Positions 27,046 to 37,495 are shown, numbered from the stretch's first letter. The stretch is 64,000 nt of DNA from Candidatus Parcubacteria bacterium (GCA_039795775.1 JBDKLC010000005.1:185624-249623); one strand, 5' to 3'. Translations and numbers: made by a program. Notes: generated by a model not told the origin, from the letters alone.

Positions 27046-27657
27046 TTAGCGAGCTTTTGTTCGTTCGTCTTCAGGCATTTCTTCGATGTCCTTTGCTTTA
27101 TCAATAAAAAGCACTCCGTCGAGGTGATCCACTTCGTGTTGGAAGATGTGCGCCAAAATACCACCTGCACCACGTTCTACTTTTTTGCCTTGTTCGTCAT
27201 AGGCTACAAGCGTTACTTTTGTAGATCGTTCTACTTTTCCATAGAGCCATCGTACAGAGAGACATCCTTCACCTTCCATCCATCGCTTTTCTTTTGAAAA
27301 TTTTGTGATGACTGGGTTGATGAATACGAGGTCCGCAGGGATAGGAGTTTTTGAAGATCGCTTTTTTCCTTCAGAAAGTTCGAGACGTTCTTCAGGCGGG
27401 AGTAACACTTTTCCAGACACAATAAAGATCCGAACTGATTCACCAATCTGAGGTGCTGCAAGTCCAATGCCGTCTTCTTGTGTTGAGAGCACTTTTTTCA
27501 TACGAGCGATAAGTGTCTTGATTTTTTCAGAAGAAATGTCGCCAAGCGCCACAGGAGTAGCTTTTTGGTGCAATACAGGATCGCCAATCTGTACGATGTC
27601 TTTCGTACTATGACCACTTGCTGGTGTAGATGCTGTTTGATGATTATGTGAAGCCAT
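27046..27657 (-). CDS. def: Peptide deformylase
   Basis: GIGLAAPQIG, EGCLSV, QHEVDHLDG motifs. Confidence 0.97.
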   Translation of the reverse strand: MASHNHQTASTPASGHSTKDIVQIGDPVLHQKATPVALGDISSEKIKTLIARMKKVLSTQEDGIGLAAPQIGESVRIFIVSGKVLLPPEERLELSEGKKRSSKTPIPADLVFINPVITKFSKEKRWMEGEGCLSVRWLYGKVERSTKVTLVAYDEQGKKVERGAGGILAHIFQHEVDHLDGVLFIDKAKDIEEMPEDERTKAR

Positions 27658-27715
27658 TGGTAGGTATTATATCAAATCAATGATGTAGGAACGCATCCGT
27701 GTGAGACAAATACGT

Positions 27716-29647
27716 TTACAAGAGACTTTCAGGGTTTACTTTTACCATAAACTCATGGGGAAGCGCTACTAACGTATCTCGCAGTCTCGCCTCAGGCCAT
27801 TGTTCTGGTGGCACACTAATAAGCATGTGGAGGACAGCCTTTCCACGCTGCGTAGGAATAAATGCAGGGAATACCATCGGCTTCCATTGTTCAAGAATGT
27901 GGTGGAGGCGTTCCATTTCGTCAGCGGCTTTTTCTCGAGTATCTTCTACGGTGATTTTTATTTGCACTGAAAATGGCGGATAGTTGATAGCTTTGCGAAC
28001 AGCAATTTCATCTCGATAAAAATCTACAAACGTTCCGGTTGTAATTTGTTTGAGGAGTGGTACGTGAGCATTTCGTGTTTGGATAAGGAAATACGTAGAT
28101 GCTCTATATATAAGTCGAAGAAGAATATGAGCGATACGTTCGTTCACACGGAAATCAGGGAGAGAGAACAAACTATCCATAGAGGCAATAGCTATATGTG
28201 GCACTGGTGGCAAGAAGGTGAGCGCCGTTTCTGTTCCAATGAGAATTGATCCAGGAGTTCGTTCATATTGTTTGATGATATCTTTTGCCTGCTTTTCTGT
28301 TTTGACAGAATCTTTATCTATTTTGAAAAGTTTCACATCTGGGAATTTTTTTTCAATTTCTTCGTACACAGTGTCGATACCAATTCCAAGAGTAATGAGT
28401 TTCCAACTCGTACATTTTTTACAACACTCCATTGCACTTCGTTTGTGACCGCAGTGATGACAGAGAAAATACCGGCCACCTTCATTTTTTGAATTATGTA
28501 ACACAACAGGTGCACTACAATGCGTACAGAGTACTGTCGATCCACAATCTCCACACACCGCCTGAGGTGAGAGACCACGACGTGCACAAAAAATAAACAT
28601 ATTCTCTTTTTTCTTTTGAGAATATTCAATCATTGAGATGAGCTCTTCACTGAGCACTCGGAAGCCATCTTTTTCTCTATGACTTTTTTCTGTCATATCT
28701 ACAATGATAGTTCCAGGCAAATTTTCGAGTCGGAATGATGGGGGAAAGAGATCATGTATTTCACCACGTTCTCGTCTATATAATGTCTCTACGCGTAGAA
28801 GCGTATCAGCGAGAATAAGTCGTGCGTGCATGTGTTGAGCGTAGTACTCGATATGTGTTCGGAAATCTATATACGGAGGAAATGAGTTTATATATGAGCG
28901 TGATGATTCTCTGTCTAGAATAATAGTGCTGATATCTGTTCGAGGCACAGACATAAACATCGGCGTAGCAATAATGACCATCGGGTGGTCTTCACGAAGT
29001 GCTTTGTCCCAGTTTTCTTTTTGCGCTTTTTTAGAAAGACCACTGTGAAGTCCTACTACATAATCGTCGATTCCTTTTTTGAGCAGTTCTTTGAACATCT
29101 CTACATGCACTGTAGTTGGCACAATGAGGAGTACAGATTTTTTTCGAGCAAATTCTTCTCGCACTATCCCTTTGTATGTTGAATATCTATCTTGATTGTG
29201 CGATTGGAAGGTCAGTACTTCTGGAATAAATTCATCTTCGTCTGGTGTGTCGTTATCTGATGATGTATCAGTGTCTGTAACAGAATCAGCTGGAGCTACA
29301 TCTGGGATTGTTGCTTCAGATAAAATCGCTTCAGGAATGAGGGCTTTCATCACTGTGCCAAGTGGCTCCGCAAAATAGTACGCTGTTTGTTCTGCCGCTT
29401 TTATACATTCAGGATGGACGATTTTGTAGGGAGTTGTTACCTCGAGTTTTCGTGTAACGAATGAAGCATTTTTGATGTCACTTTTTGCAGCAGATGCATC
29501 ACTCGATGATTCTACGAGAGCAAGCACGGACCCACTTCGGAAGGGCACTTTGATGACAGAGCCAGGAGATACTTGATGGCTACTCCAGTAGGAGAGCCGT
29601 TCTTTGAATGCGCCTTTGGTAATAGGGAAGACAGTAATAATAAACAC
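27716..29647 (-). CDS. priA: Primosomal protein N' (PriA), helicase motifs degenerate
   Basis: Zn-knuckle CxxC pairs, RRG, SLPDFRVNER, YPPF motifs; no GKT Walker A or DExH. Confidence 0.88.
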   Translation of the reverse strand: MFIITVFPITKGAFKERLSYWSSHQVSPGSVIKVPFRSGSVLALVESSSDASAAKSDIKNASFVTRKLEVTTPYKIVHPECIKAAEQTAYYFAEPLGTVMKALIPEAILSEATIPDVAPADSVTDTDTSSDNDTPDEDEFIPEVLTFQSHNQDRYSTYKGIVREEFARKKSVLLIVPTTVHVEMFKELLKKGIDDYVVGLHSGLSKKAQKENWDKALREDHPMVIIATPMFMSVPRTDISTIILDRESSRSYINSFPPYIDFRTHIEYYAQHMHARLILADTLLRVETLYRRERGEIHDLFPPSFRLENLPGTIIVDMTEKSHREKDGFRVLSEELISMIEYSQKKKENMFIFCARRGLSPQAVCGDCGSTVLCTHCSAPVVLHNSKNEGGRYFLCHHCGHKRSAMECCKKCTSWKLITLGIGIDTVYEEIEKKFPDVKLFKIDKDSVKTEKQAKDIIKQYERTPGSILIGTETALTFLPPVPHIAIASMDSLFSLPDFRVNERIAHILLRLIYRASTYFLIQTRNAHVPLLKQITTGTFVDFYRDEIAVRKAINYPPFSVQIKITVEDTREKAADEMERLHHILEQWKPMVFPAFIPTQRGKAVLHMLISVPPEQWPEARLRDTLVALPHEFMVKVNPESLL

Positions 29648-29803
29648 ACCTCTATATTGGCAGAAAATACGTTGAAAAACAATGTTATTTTGGAGCTCTA
29701 AACATTGACTTTTGTGTCATTTATGCTATAATGTATAACAGAGCTCCTTAACCCAGGATCTCATTCACAACAACCCAAACTGTCTGAACATACTGTCTGA
29801 ATC

Positions 29804-30238
29804 ATGAACCTATCGTTCTTCCTTGAAAACTTCACCATGATCTTCCAAACCCGTTACGGCCTTTGGGTCGCGGCGGGGATCATCATTGTCGTGCTGGCGG
29901 TCTCTGGTTTTCTCAAATGGGTGGGAGCGCATCGCGAACCCACCGAAGCTGAGAAAATCTGGCTCGCCATTTTCACCGCGATTGACCCCTTCGTCACCTC
30001 ATCCGTAGAAGAAAAGCTCGCTAAGCTTTATTCCAACGGTGTAGCAGGTGTGCTTTTTACCAGAGCTTCAGGCTCTTTTATTTGGCAAGTTCGTTGGGAC
30101 AATCGTGCAGGACGCAACCAAGGCATCATTGCCGTCAGTTGCCCCAATAACCCGCAGCTTCGACGTCAAGTCGAATTTATAGGCACAAAAGAGCTTAAAC
30201 GCTTGCGTTGGCCTATAGTTGCTGTATGCGGTGAATAA
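29804..30238 (+). CDS. Hypothetical single-TM protein (orphan)
   Basis: TTGACT-N16-TATAAT promoter at about 29706-29733; terminator at about 30299-30327. Confidence 0.6.
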   Translation: MNLSFFLENFTMIFQTRYGLWVAAGIIIVVLAVSGFLKWVGAHREPTEAEKIWLAIFTAIDPFVTSSVEEKLAKLYSNGVAGVLFTRASGSFIWQVRWDNRAGRNQGIIAVSCPNNPQLRRQVEFIGTKELKRLRWPIVAVCGE

Positions 30239-30449
30239 GCCAGACAAATACATCAGGAACGCGTAAGCGATCCAAGTCTTGGGTTCAATCCCTGAGGCGC
30301 GTCACTCCAACCGGGTGACGTTTTTTTGTTGAAATTTTCTAACTAGAGCGACAAGATCCGGTACTTGATTTTTGTATAAATATGTGTTATTATATACACG
30401 TACTAAGTCCTTTTGAAATTACATATAACGGATAGTGGTTTTGTTGGTG

Positions 30450-30526
30450 TGGTCAGTGCAATGTGGCCGGAATGCCTATATATCGCTTCGCGACGGGCAA
30501 GCATTCTTTCTTCATTGCACTGACCA
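30450..30526. repeat. Long nested hairpin in a ~215-nt 5' leader
   Basis: tggtcagtgcaatg / cattgcactgacca (14 bp) enclosing gaatgc/gcattc and tcgc/gcga. Confidence 0.8.
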
Positions 30527-30616
30527 TATGCCATACAGGCTCTTCTATGAAACGAAGTGAATACAAGCAACCCTGCTTTTATTCTATATGCAATATGCAA
30601 CCCAAAAAAAACCATT

Positions 30617-31429
30617 ATGAAAGTGTTCGTATCAAGTAGTGAATTCCTCCACAAAGTCCGCATTGTGTTGGGCTGTCGGACCCCCCTCAACGTTGTTGAA
30701 GGCCACGCCATCGAGAAACTCATCAAGGTCCTTAAACCCGTCTGGCCGAAGATTCAGTTCGACCCTATGTTGAATTGCATCTTCGGTGAACCTCAGTCAC
30801 TCGATGCAATTGTCGCATCCGCGATCGGGGCCGGCGAAATGCCTTTGCTCGTCAACATCACTCGCACGACGGTGCTCAAAGGATTCTGCCAGTTTGTGAG
30901 TGCAGAGTCTCACCTCTACGGTCGCTCTGCGCTTCTGCAATTGTGTGACATGTTTCAGCAGCCACCCACGCGCTACATGGTGCAGGTGGCGGCGTATGTC
31001 ACGGCGGGCATCCTCGGACTCAAAGCCGTCGGGATGACGGAGAAAGTGGATATTGAGGCCTTCCTCACGTTCGCACGAAAGTTGATTGATGTGCCTTGTG
31101 AAGATGAGATCGCGGCGACCAGGTTTATGGCCAACCCAAAGAAGGATGGCAACCTGCTGATTGCGGATCTTCCGGAATGCAAAGCGCCGCATGCGGTCCA
31201 TGATCATGTTGCGGTGGACTCACCACTTGGAGTGGCAGAATGTCTCTTGGTCCACTGTGGCCGGGGGCAATCTACCTTCTATGGTTCCTACAATGTGTGT
31301 CTGAAGCTGCGCGAAACCTTTGGCGGAGAAATCACCTTCGCCCTGGGTAACAACGACTATGCCCACATTAGCGTGTCATCCGATCGCCGCCAAGGCTTCG
31401 AGGCCGCTGTGAAGCATCACGTGAAGTAG
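30617..31429 (+). CDS. Hypothetical protein (orphan, GC-richer)
   Basis: 270-aa ORF from ATG 30617; terminator aggcccagcgc-aac-gcgctgggcctttt at about 31495-31522. Confidence 0.65.
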   Translation: MKVFVSSSEFLHKVRIVLGCRTPLNVVEGHAIEKLIKVLKPVWPKIQFDPMLNCIFGEPQSLDAIVASAIGAGEMPLLVNITRTTVLKGFCQFVSAESHLYGRSALLQLCDMFQQPPTRYMVQVAAYVTAGILGLKAVGMTEKVDIEAFLTFARKLIDVPCEDEIAATRFMANPKKDGNLLIADLPECKAPHAVHDHVAVDSPLGVAECLLVHCGRGQSTFYGSYNVCLKLRETFGGEITFALGNNDYAHISVSSDRRQGFEAAVKHHVK

Positions 31430-31635
31430 CACCACTCACCATCCGTTGTCAGTTCAAATCTGACGAGGTTCCTGATCCTTACAAAACTTGCAGGAGGCCC
31501 AGCGCAACGCGCTGGGCCTTTTCCTTTTATATCTCCTTTATATTTTTTTGAATTTTTCTTTATTTTTCATAACAACTTCAACATTATGTCCAAATTGTAT
31601 TGTGACTAGAAAAGCCGTATGATAGTCACATCTTT

Positions 31636-32649
31636 ATGGGATTTTTTTCTAAAAAACTTGGCATCGATTTAGGTACAGCAAATACACTCGTATTTTTGCC
31701 TGGAAAAGGAATTGTACTCAACGAACCATCTGTGGTGGCAGTGTCAGAACAAGACAATCAGATTCTTGCGGTAGGCATTGAAGCAAAAGAAATGATTGGT
31801 AAAACTCCTGAAAGTATTATTGCGTATCGTCCTATGAAGGATGGCGTGATTGCTGACTACCGAGTGACAGAAGCAATGCTTCGATATTTCATCAACAAAG
31901 CTCTTGGCAAATGGAATATTTGGAAACCAGAAGTGATGGTATCAGTGCCAGCGGGTGTGACATCTACAGAACGACGAGCGGTGATTGAGGCTGCCGTAAA
32001 AGCGGGCGCAAAAATGGCGTACGTTGTGAAGGAACCAATTCTCGCTGCTATAGGCGCAGGTATTTCTATTCAAGAAGCAGTAGGGCACATGATTGTAGAT
32101 ATTGGTGGCGGTACCACAGACGTGGCGGTGATTTCTCTTGGAGGTATTGTGTCTTGTACATCGGTTAAATGCGCAGGCAACAGAGTAGACGCAGCTATCA
32201 CAGACTATATAAAGAAGACATACAACCTCGCTATCGGTGACCGAACAGCAGAAGAAGTCAAAATCAAGATTGGCTCTGCTGTACCACTTGAAGAAGAACT
32301 TACTATGTCAGTGAAGGGACGAGATTTTCTTACAGGTCTTCCACGATCTGTAGAAGTGAAGACAAACGAAGTTGTGAAAGGAATTTCAAAAGAACTTCGA
32401 GAAATAGTGAAAGCTATCAAAGATGTACTTCAAGAGACACCTCCTGAATTGGCTTCAGATATTATTGATCACGGCATCATCATGACTGGGGGATCATCAC
32501 AGCTTCGAAATCTTCCTGAACTCGTATTCCGACGAACGGGTGTAAAGGCAGTGCTTGCGGAAGATCCACTCTACTGTGTGGCAAAGGGCACTGGTGTAGC
32601 ACTCGACCACCTCGACACCTACAAGAAGACTATTATTTCTAAACGATAA
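31636..32649 (+). CDS. mreB: Rod shape-determining protein MreB (paralogue 1)
   Basis: GIDLGTANT, NEPSVVA, DIGGGTTD, TGGSSQL motifs. Confidence 0.96.
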   Translation: MGFFSKKLGIDLGTANTLVFLPGKGIVLNEPSVVAVSEQDNQILAVGIEAKEMIGKTPESIIAYRPMKDGVIADYRVTEAMLRYFINKALGKWNIWKPEVMVSVPAGVTSTERRAVIEAAVKAGAKMAYVVKEPILAAIGAGISIQEAVGHMIVDIGGGTTDVAVISLGGIVSCTSVKCAGNRVDAAITDYIKKTYNLAIGDRTAEEVKIKIGSAVPLEEELTMSVKGRDFLTGLPRSVEVKTNEVVKGISKELREIVKAIKDVLQETPPELASDIIDHGIIMTGGSSQLRNLPELVFRRTGVKAVLAEDPLYCVAKGTGVALDHLDTYKKTIISKR

Positions 32650-32655
32650 AGCACT

Positions 32656-33384
32656 ATGGCTTTACACAAAGAAACACTTCAACAACAACTTCCTCTCCAG
32701 AAGCTGCATCATACATATATAGTAGTGGGTCCTCGTGAGACTGCTGTGGTTTCTGTGGTAGATTTTTTGCGAGATTCATTTAGTCTTGAACATTCATATC
32801 CAGATATGTGGGTGAAGTCGTATGATTCAGTGGGTGTTGATGACACAGAAGAAATTGCATCAGTACATCAGCGACGACCGATTGGCACAAACAAAAAATT
32901 TATTATTTTTGAAACATCGCAGATTACTCAGCAAGCGCAAAACAGTTTACTTAAAATGCTTGAAGAGCCTTCAGCCGAAACTCATTTCTTTATTGTTATA
33001 CCGTCAGTGGTGATGTTGCTTCCTACAATTCTTTCTCGAGTGCATGTGGTAACGTTGGACGAGACAGATGCAACATCTAGCCAAACGTCAGAAGTGGCAG
33101 AATTTTTGGCTTCATCTATGGGAAGTCGTGTCGCATTTGTAGCGGGGCTTTTGGCCGACTACGATAAGGAAAACATCACAAAAGAAGACATCTATTCGTT
33201 TGTAAATGGGGTAGAGCAGATGGTTCATGAAGAAATGCTCAAAAAATCATCAAAAGATGGAGCGTATGGTGAGGCGCAACAAGCCCTCGCAGCTGTGGCA
33301 CATGTGCAGACATATATACGAGATACGGCATCATCTTTGAAGCTCCTTCTCGAGTATCTTGCACTTCGCTTGCCTAGACTTTAG
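32656..33384 (+). CDS. holB: DNA polymerase III delta-prime-like subunit
   Basis: AQNSLLKMLEEP and LLPTILSR motifs. Confidence 0.8.
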   Translation: MALHKETLQQQLPLQKLHHTYIVVGPRETAVVSVVDFLRDSFSLEHSYPDMWVKSYDSVGVDDTEEIASVHQRRPIGTNKKFIIFETSQITQQAQNSLLKMLEEPSAETHFFIVIPSVVMLLPTILSRVHVVTLDETDATSSQTSEVAEFLASSMGSRVAFVAGLLADYDKENITKEDIYSFVNGVEQMVHEEMLKKSSKDGAYGEAQQALAAVAHVQTYIRDTASSLKLLLEYLALRLPRL

Positions 33385-33431
33385 AATAAGTACATATTAT
33401 AGGAGGTTTATACGAGCAAATATCATCATTT

Positions 33432-33983
33432 ATGGCATACAATTTTTCGAAATTTCAACAGAAAATCAAAGAAACACAAGACTGGCTTACACGCGAAATG
33501 TCGGCTATTCGAACAGGACGAGCATCTACAGCTTTTCTTGATAGTGTCCGAGTAGACTCATACGGGTCAGAAATGCCACTTAGTGGTGTTGGCTCTCTTT
33601 CTACAGAAGACGCACGAACAATTCGAATCACTCCATGGGATCACAGTCAGACTCAGGCTGTAGAGAAAGCTATCGTTGCATCAAATCTCGGTGTATCAGT
33701 TGTGGTAGACGACAAAGGCCTTCGAGTAATCTTCCCAGAACTCACAGGTGAACGACGAGAACAGCTCATCAAAGTAGCTAAACAGAAACTGGAAGACGGT
33801 AAGGTTGCAATTCGACAGGAACGAAATGAAGTTTCAAACGATTTGAACGATAAAAAGAAAGAAGGAACAATGGGTGAAGATGATGTAGCTCGAGCAAAAG
33901 CTGAAATGGAAAAGATAACACAAGAAGGTTCAAAGAAACTTGAAGAAATGTTCAATAAAAAAGAACAAGAAATCAAAGGCTAA
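33432..33983 (+). CDS. frr: Ribosome recycling factor
   Basis: IRTGRAS, PELTGERR motifs. Confidence 0.96.
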   Translation: MAYNFSKFQQKIKETQDWLTREMSAIRTGRASTAFLDSVRVDSYGSEMPLSGVGSLSTEDARTIRITPWDHSQTQAVEKAIVASNLGVSVVVDDKGLRVIFPELTGERREQLIKVAKQKLEDGKVAIRQERNEVSNDLNDKKKEGTMGEDDVARAKAEMEKITQEGSKKLEEMFNKKEQEIKG

Positions 33984-34048
33984 TGTAAGGTGAGTAGAAC
34001 GCAGACAGGAACAGTACAAAAAAGGTCGGGAAACTAACAACATATTAC

Positions 34049-35140
34049 ATGATTACAATTATTCTATTCTTACTCGTTCTCACCGCTCTCGTGTTTGTCC
34101 ACGAACTCGGGCATTTTCTTGCTGCGAGATTCTTTGGTGTCCGAGTAGATGAATTTGCTATCGGTTTTCCTCCTCGACTTTTCTCAAAAAAATATAAAAA
34201 TACTGACTACTCAATCAACCTTCTTCCTGTCGGTGGATACGTGAAAATTTACGGAGAAAATCCTGAAGATGCTCCAACACAAGACAACCTCCTCGTGAAG
34301 CCAAAGTGGCAGCAGCTCGTTGTCCTTGTCGCAGGTGTTACATTCAATATTATCTTTGCTTGGATTCTTTTGTCACTCGCTCTTATGGTAGGTACAAAAA
34401 CATCTACTGATGGTTTTCCTCAGCAATATGTTCAGAGTCAGTCAATTCTCATTTCATATGTAAGTCCAAATAGTCCAGCAGCTACAGCTGGTCTCAAAAC
34501 TGGTGATGAAATTATAAATGTGACAGGTATAGATACAGTGCTCGCTACCACAAGTCTTTCAGTAGCAAACATCCAGAAGCTCACAAATGATAATGGTGGA
34601 AGTCTCACAGTCACATACAAACCTGCAAAAGGTGAAGAAGTAAAAAGTGTACGTGTTGAACCTGCAGCGGGTCTTGTAGAAGGGAAGCGAGCTATTGGTA
34701 TCGCTATGTCAGAAGTTGGAGAAGTGAAGACAGGATTTTTCTCATCATTCTATTACGGAGCAAAGCAAACATTCTTCCTTACAATTAATATTGTCGTAGG
34801 TTTGTACGGATTCTTCAAAGATATTGTTGTAGGTCATCCAAACTTCAGCGAAGTTGCTGGGCCCGTGGGTATCGCAAACATCGTAGGCGATGCTTCTCGA
34901 GTAGGTCTTGCTGCACTCATCACTATCACTGCGGTCATCTCTGCCAACCTTGCTGTTATCAACCTTCTTCCATTCCCGGCCCTCGACGGTGGCCGAATCG
35001 TAGTGATTCTCATCGAAGCTATTCGAAGAAAGACACTTTCACCCAAAATCATCAACTACATCAATATGGCAGGATTTTTCCTCCTTATTGCACTCATGGT
35101 TATCATTACATTCAAAGATATTCTTAAATTGATCAAATAA
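34049..35140 (+). CDS. rseP: RIP metalloprotease (M50, PDZ domain)
   Basis: HELGH, GGYVKI, NLLPFPALDGG motifs. Confidence 0.94.
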   Translation: MITIILFLLVLTALVFVHELGHFLAARFFGVRVDEFAIGFPPRLFSKKYKNTDYSINLLPVGGYVKIYGENPEDAPTQDNLLVKPKWQQLVVLVAGVTFNIIFAWILLSLALMVGTKTSTDGFPQQYVQSQSILISYVSPNSPAATAGLKTGDEIINVTGIDTVLATTSLSVANIQKLTNDNGGSLTVTYKPAKGEEVKSVRVEPAAGLVEGKRAIGIAMSEVGEVKTGFFSSFYYGAKQTFFLTINIVVGLYGFFKDIVVGHPNFSEVAGPVGIANIVGDASRVGLAALITITAVISANLAVINLLPFPALDGGRIVVILIEAIRRKTLSPKIINYINMAGFFLLIALMVIITFKDILKLIK

Positions 35141-35167
35141 TTCGTACAATAAGTACATAATCTCTAT

Positions 35168-36427
35168 ATGCGACAATCACAACTTTTCACTAAAACACGA
35201 CGTGAAGCTCCAAAGGATGAAGTAGCAAAAAATGCGCAGCTCCTCATTCGAGCTGGATATATTCACAAAGAAATGGCGGGCGTGTATGCCTTCTTGCCAC
35301 TTGGTCTTCGAGTTCTCAAAAACATCGAACATATTATTCGTGAAGAAATGAATGCAATCGGCGGACAGCAAGTATCGCTCACTGCTCTTCAGGATAAAAA
35401 TCTTTGGGAAAAAACAGATCGATGGGACGATGCAAAAATCGACAACTGGTTTAAAACAAAACTCAAGAACGGCAGCGAAACTGGTCTTGGTATTACACAC
35501 GAAGAACCTCTAACAAACATTATGTCTGAGTATGTTTCGTCATATCGAGATTTACCAGCGTACGTCTATCAGTTCCAAACAAAGTTCCGAAACGAAACTC
35601 GAGCAAAGAGTGGTATCATGCGAGGACGAGAATTTCTCATGAAAGATTTGTACTCATTCTCAGCCACAGAAGAACAGCACGCTGAATTTTATCAAAAAGC
35701 AAAAGCAGCGTATGTTCGCATCTTCGACAAAGTAGGTCTAGGCGAATCTACATACGTCACATTTGCTGATGGAGGAATCTTCAGTAAATATTCTGAAGAA
35801 TTTCAGACTGTGTCTGAAGCAGGTGAGGACCTTATATATGTAGATGTTCAGAAGGGCATCGCTGTGAACAAAGAAGTACTCAATGACGAAGTACTCGCTG
35901 AGCTCGGCCTCAAACGAGAAGATCTCATAGAAAAGAAATCTATTGAAACTGGAAACATTTTCAACCTTGGTACTCGATTTGCAGAACAGCTCGGTCTTCA
36001 ATTTAAAAACGAAGCTGGTGAACTCAAACACGCCATCATGGGTTGCTATGGTATTGGACTCAGTCGGCTCATGGGTACAGTGGTAGAAACTCTTTCAGAT
36101 GAAAAGGGAATTGTGTGGCCAATCAACATTGCACCATTCAAAGCTCATATCATCCTTGTTTCTTCATCAGAAGAAAGTAAGGCACGAGCAGAAGAAGCAT
36201 ACAAAGTGCTTGGTGAACAACTCGACGGTGTACTTTACGACGACAGAGATGCACGAGCAGGAGAAAAGTTTGCAGATGCAGATCTCATTGGTCTTCCATA
36301 TCAAATTCTCATTGGAGACAAAAACCAAAAAGATGGCAACGATAACTGGCTCTGTGAAGTAAAGAATCGAAAGACAGGTGAAGTACAGCATGTGGTGCTT
36401 GCGGATATTGCGTCAGCTATAAAATAA
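35168..36427 (+). CDS. proS: Proline--tRNA ligase, short form lacking the INS editing domain
   Basis: LLIRAGYI, THEE, FRNETRAKSGIMRGREFLMKDLYSF, MGCYGIG motifs; 419 aa. Confidence 0.95.
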   Translation: MRQSQLFTKTRREAPKDEVAKNAQLLIRAGYIHKEMAGVYAFLPLGLRVLKNIEHIIREEMNAIGGQQVSLTALQDKNLWEKTDRWDDAKIDNWFKTKLKNGSETGLGITHEEPLTNIMSEYVSSYRDLPAYVYQFQTKFRNETRAKSGIMRGREFLMKDLYSFSATEEQHAEFYQKAKAAYVRIFDKVGLGESTYVTFADGGIFSKYSEEFQTVSEAGEDLIYVDVQKGIAVNKEVLNDEVLAELGLKREDLIEKKSIETGNIFNLGTRFAEQLGLQFKNEAGELKHAIMGCYGIGLSRLMGTVVETLSDEKGIVWPINIAPFKAHIILVSSSEESKARAEEAYKVLGEQLDGVLYDDRDARAGEKFADADLIGLPYQILIGDKNQKDGNDNWLCEVKNRKTGEVQHVVLADIASAIK

Positions 36428-36430
36428 ATC

Positions 36431-37495
36431 ATGTTCAAAAAACTGAAACAAAAATTTTTCAAGATGGCGTCAAACGATATCGGGATTGATCTCGGTACTG
36501 CTAATACGCTGGTGTATGTTTCAGGACAAGGTGTCATCATCAATGAGCCTTCTGTTGTGGCTGTAAACCAAAAGACAGGGCAGGTTGTAGCCGTTGGTAC
36601 ACAGGCAAAGCTCATGCTTGGAAGAACGCCAGGCCACATCACCGCTGTAAGACCTCTCGTCGACGGCGTTATTTCTGATTTCGAAGTAACAGAAGAAATG
36701 CTTTCATACCTCATCAAAAAAGCAGAAGGCATGTCAAAGAAAATGCTTGGTCCAAAAGTTGTGATCGGTGTTCCATACGGAGTTACAAACGTAGAGCGAA
36801 GAGCTGTACGAGATGCTGCAAAAAACGCAGGAGCACGAGAAGTGCATATTGTAGAAGAACCTATGTCTGCAGCTATTGGTGTACGACTTCCTGTACGTGA
36901 AGCTGTTGGCACAATGATTATTGATATCGGAGGTGGTACAACAGACATTGCTGTCATTTCTCTTGGTGGTATCGTGAAAGCAAAAAATCTCAAAATTGCA
37001 GGCGATCGTTTCAACAACGACATCATTTCATATATTAGAAATGAATTTAAAATTTTGATTGGTGAAAAGACAGCCGAGACAATCAAGATTGCTATCGCAA
37101 GTATGGTCCCATGTCAGCCACCGCTTGAAGCTGCTATTCGAGGTCGAGATCTCGTTACAGGTCTTCCACGAGAAGTGATCATCACTGACGGTGATATTCG
37201 TGAAGCTATTGGTTCATCAGTAGACACACTCCTCGATGCGGTAAAAGAAGTACTCGAAACAACACCACCAGAAATTCTTTCTGATGTGATGCAGCATGGC
37301 ATTTATCTTTCTGGTGGAGGTGCACTTATCCGAGGGTTGCCAGAAATCCTTTCTGAATACGTTGGCATTCCAGTGAAAGTTGCAGATGATCCTTTGACTG
37401 CGGTTGCACGTGGAGCTGGTATAATCTTAGAGAACTTAGAAGATTACGTAGACGTACTAATACAAAACGAGGATGAACTACCTGCGGCTCGATAA
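36431..37495 (+). CDS. mreB: Rod shape-determining protein MreB (paralogue 2, in the mre operon)
   Basis: GIDLGTANT, DIGGGTTD, SGGGALI motifs; followed by mreC. Confidence 0.96.
   Translation: MFKKLKQKFFKMASNDIGIDLGTANTLVYVSGQGVIINEPSVVAVNQKTGQVVAVGTQAKLMLGRTPGHITAVRPLVDGVISDFEVTEEMLSYLIKKAEGMSKKMLGPKVVIGVPYGVTNVERRAVRDAAKNAGAREVHIVEEPMSAAIGVRLPVREAVGTMIIDIGGGTTDIAVISLGGIVKAKNLKIAGDRFNNDIISYIRNEFKILIGEKTAETIKIAIASMVPCQPPLEAAIRGRDLVTGLPREVIITDGDIREAIGSSVDTLLDAVKEVLETTPPEILSDVMQHGIYLSGGGALIRGLPEILSEYVGIPVKVADDPLTAVARGAGIILENLEDYVDVLIQNEDELPAAR

Noticed and set aside
36301-37086. 261-aa minus-strand ORF
   Set aside because: Antisense shadow of mreB with no independent motifs.
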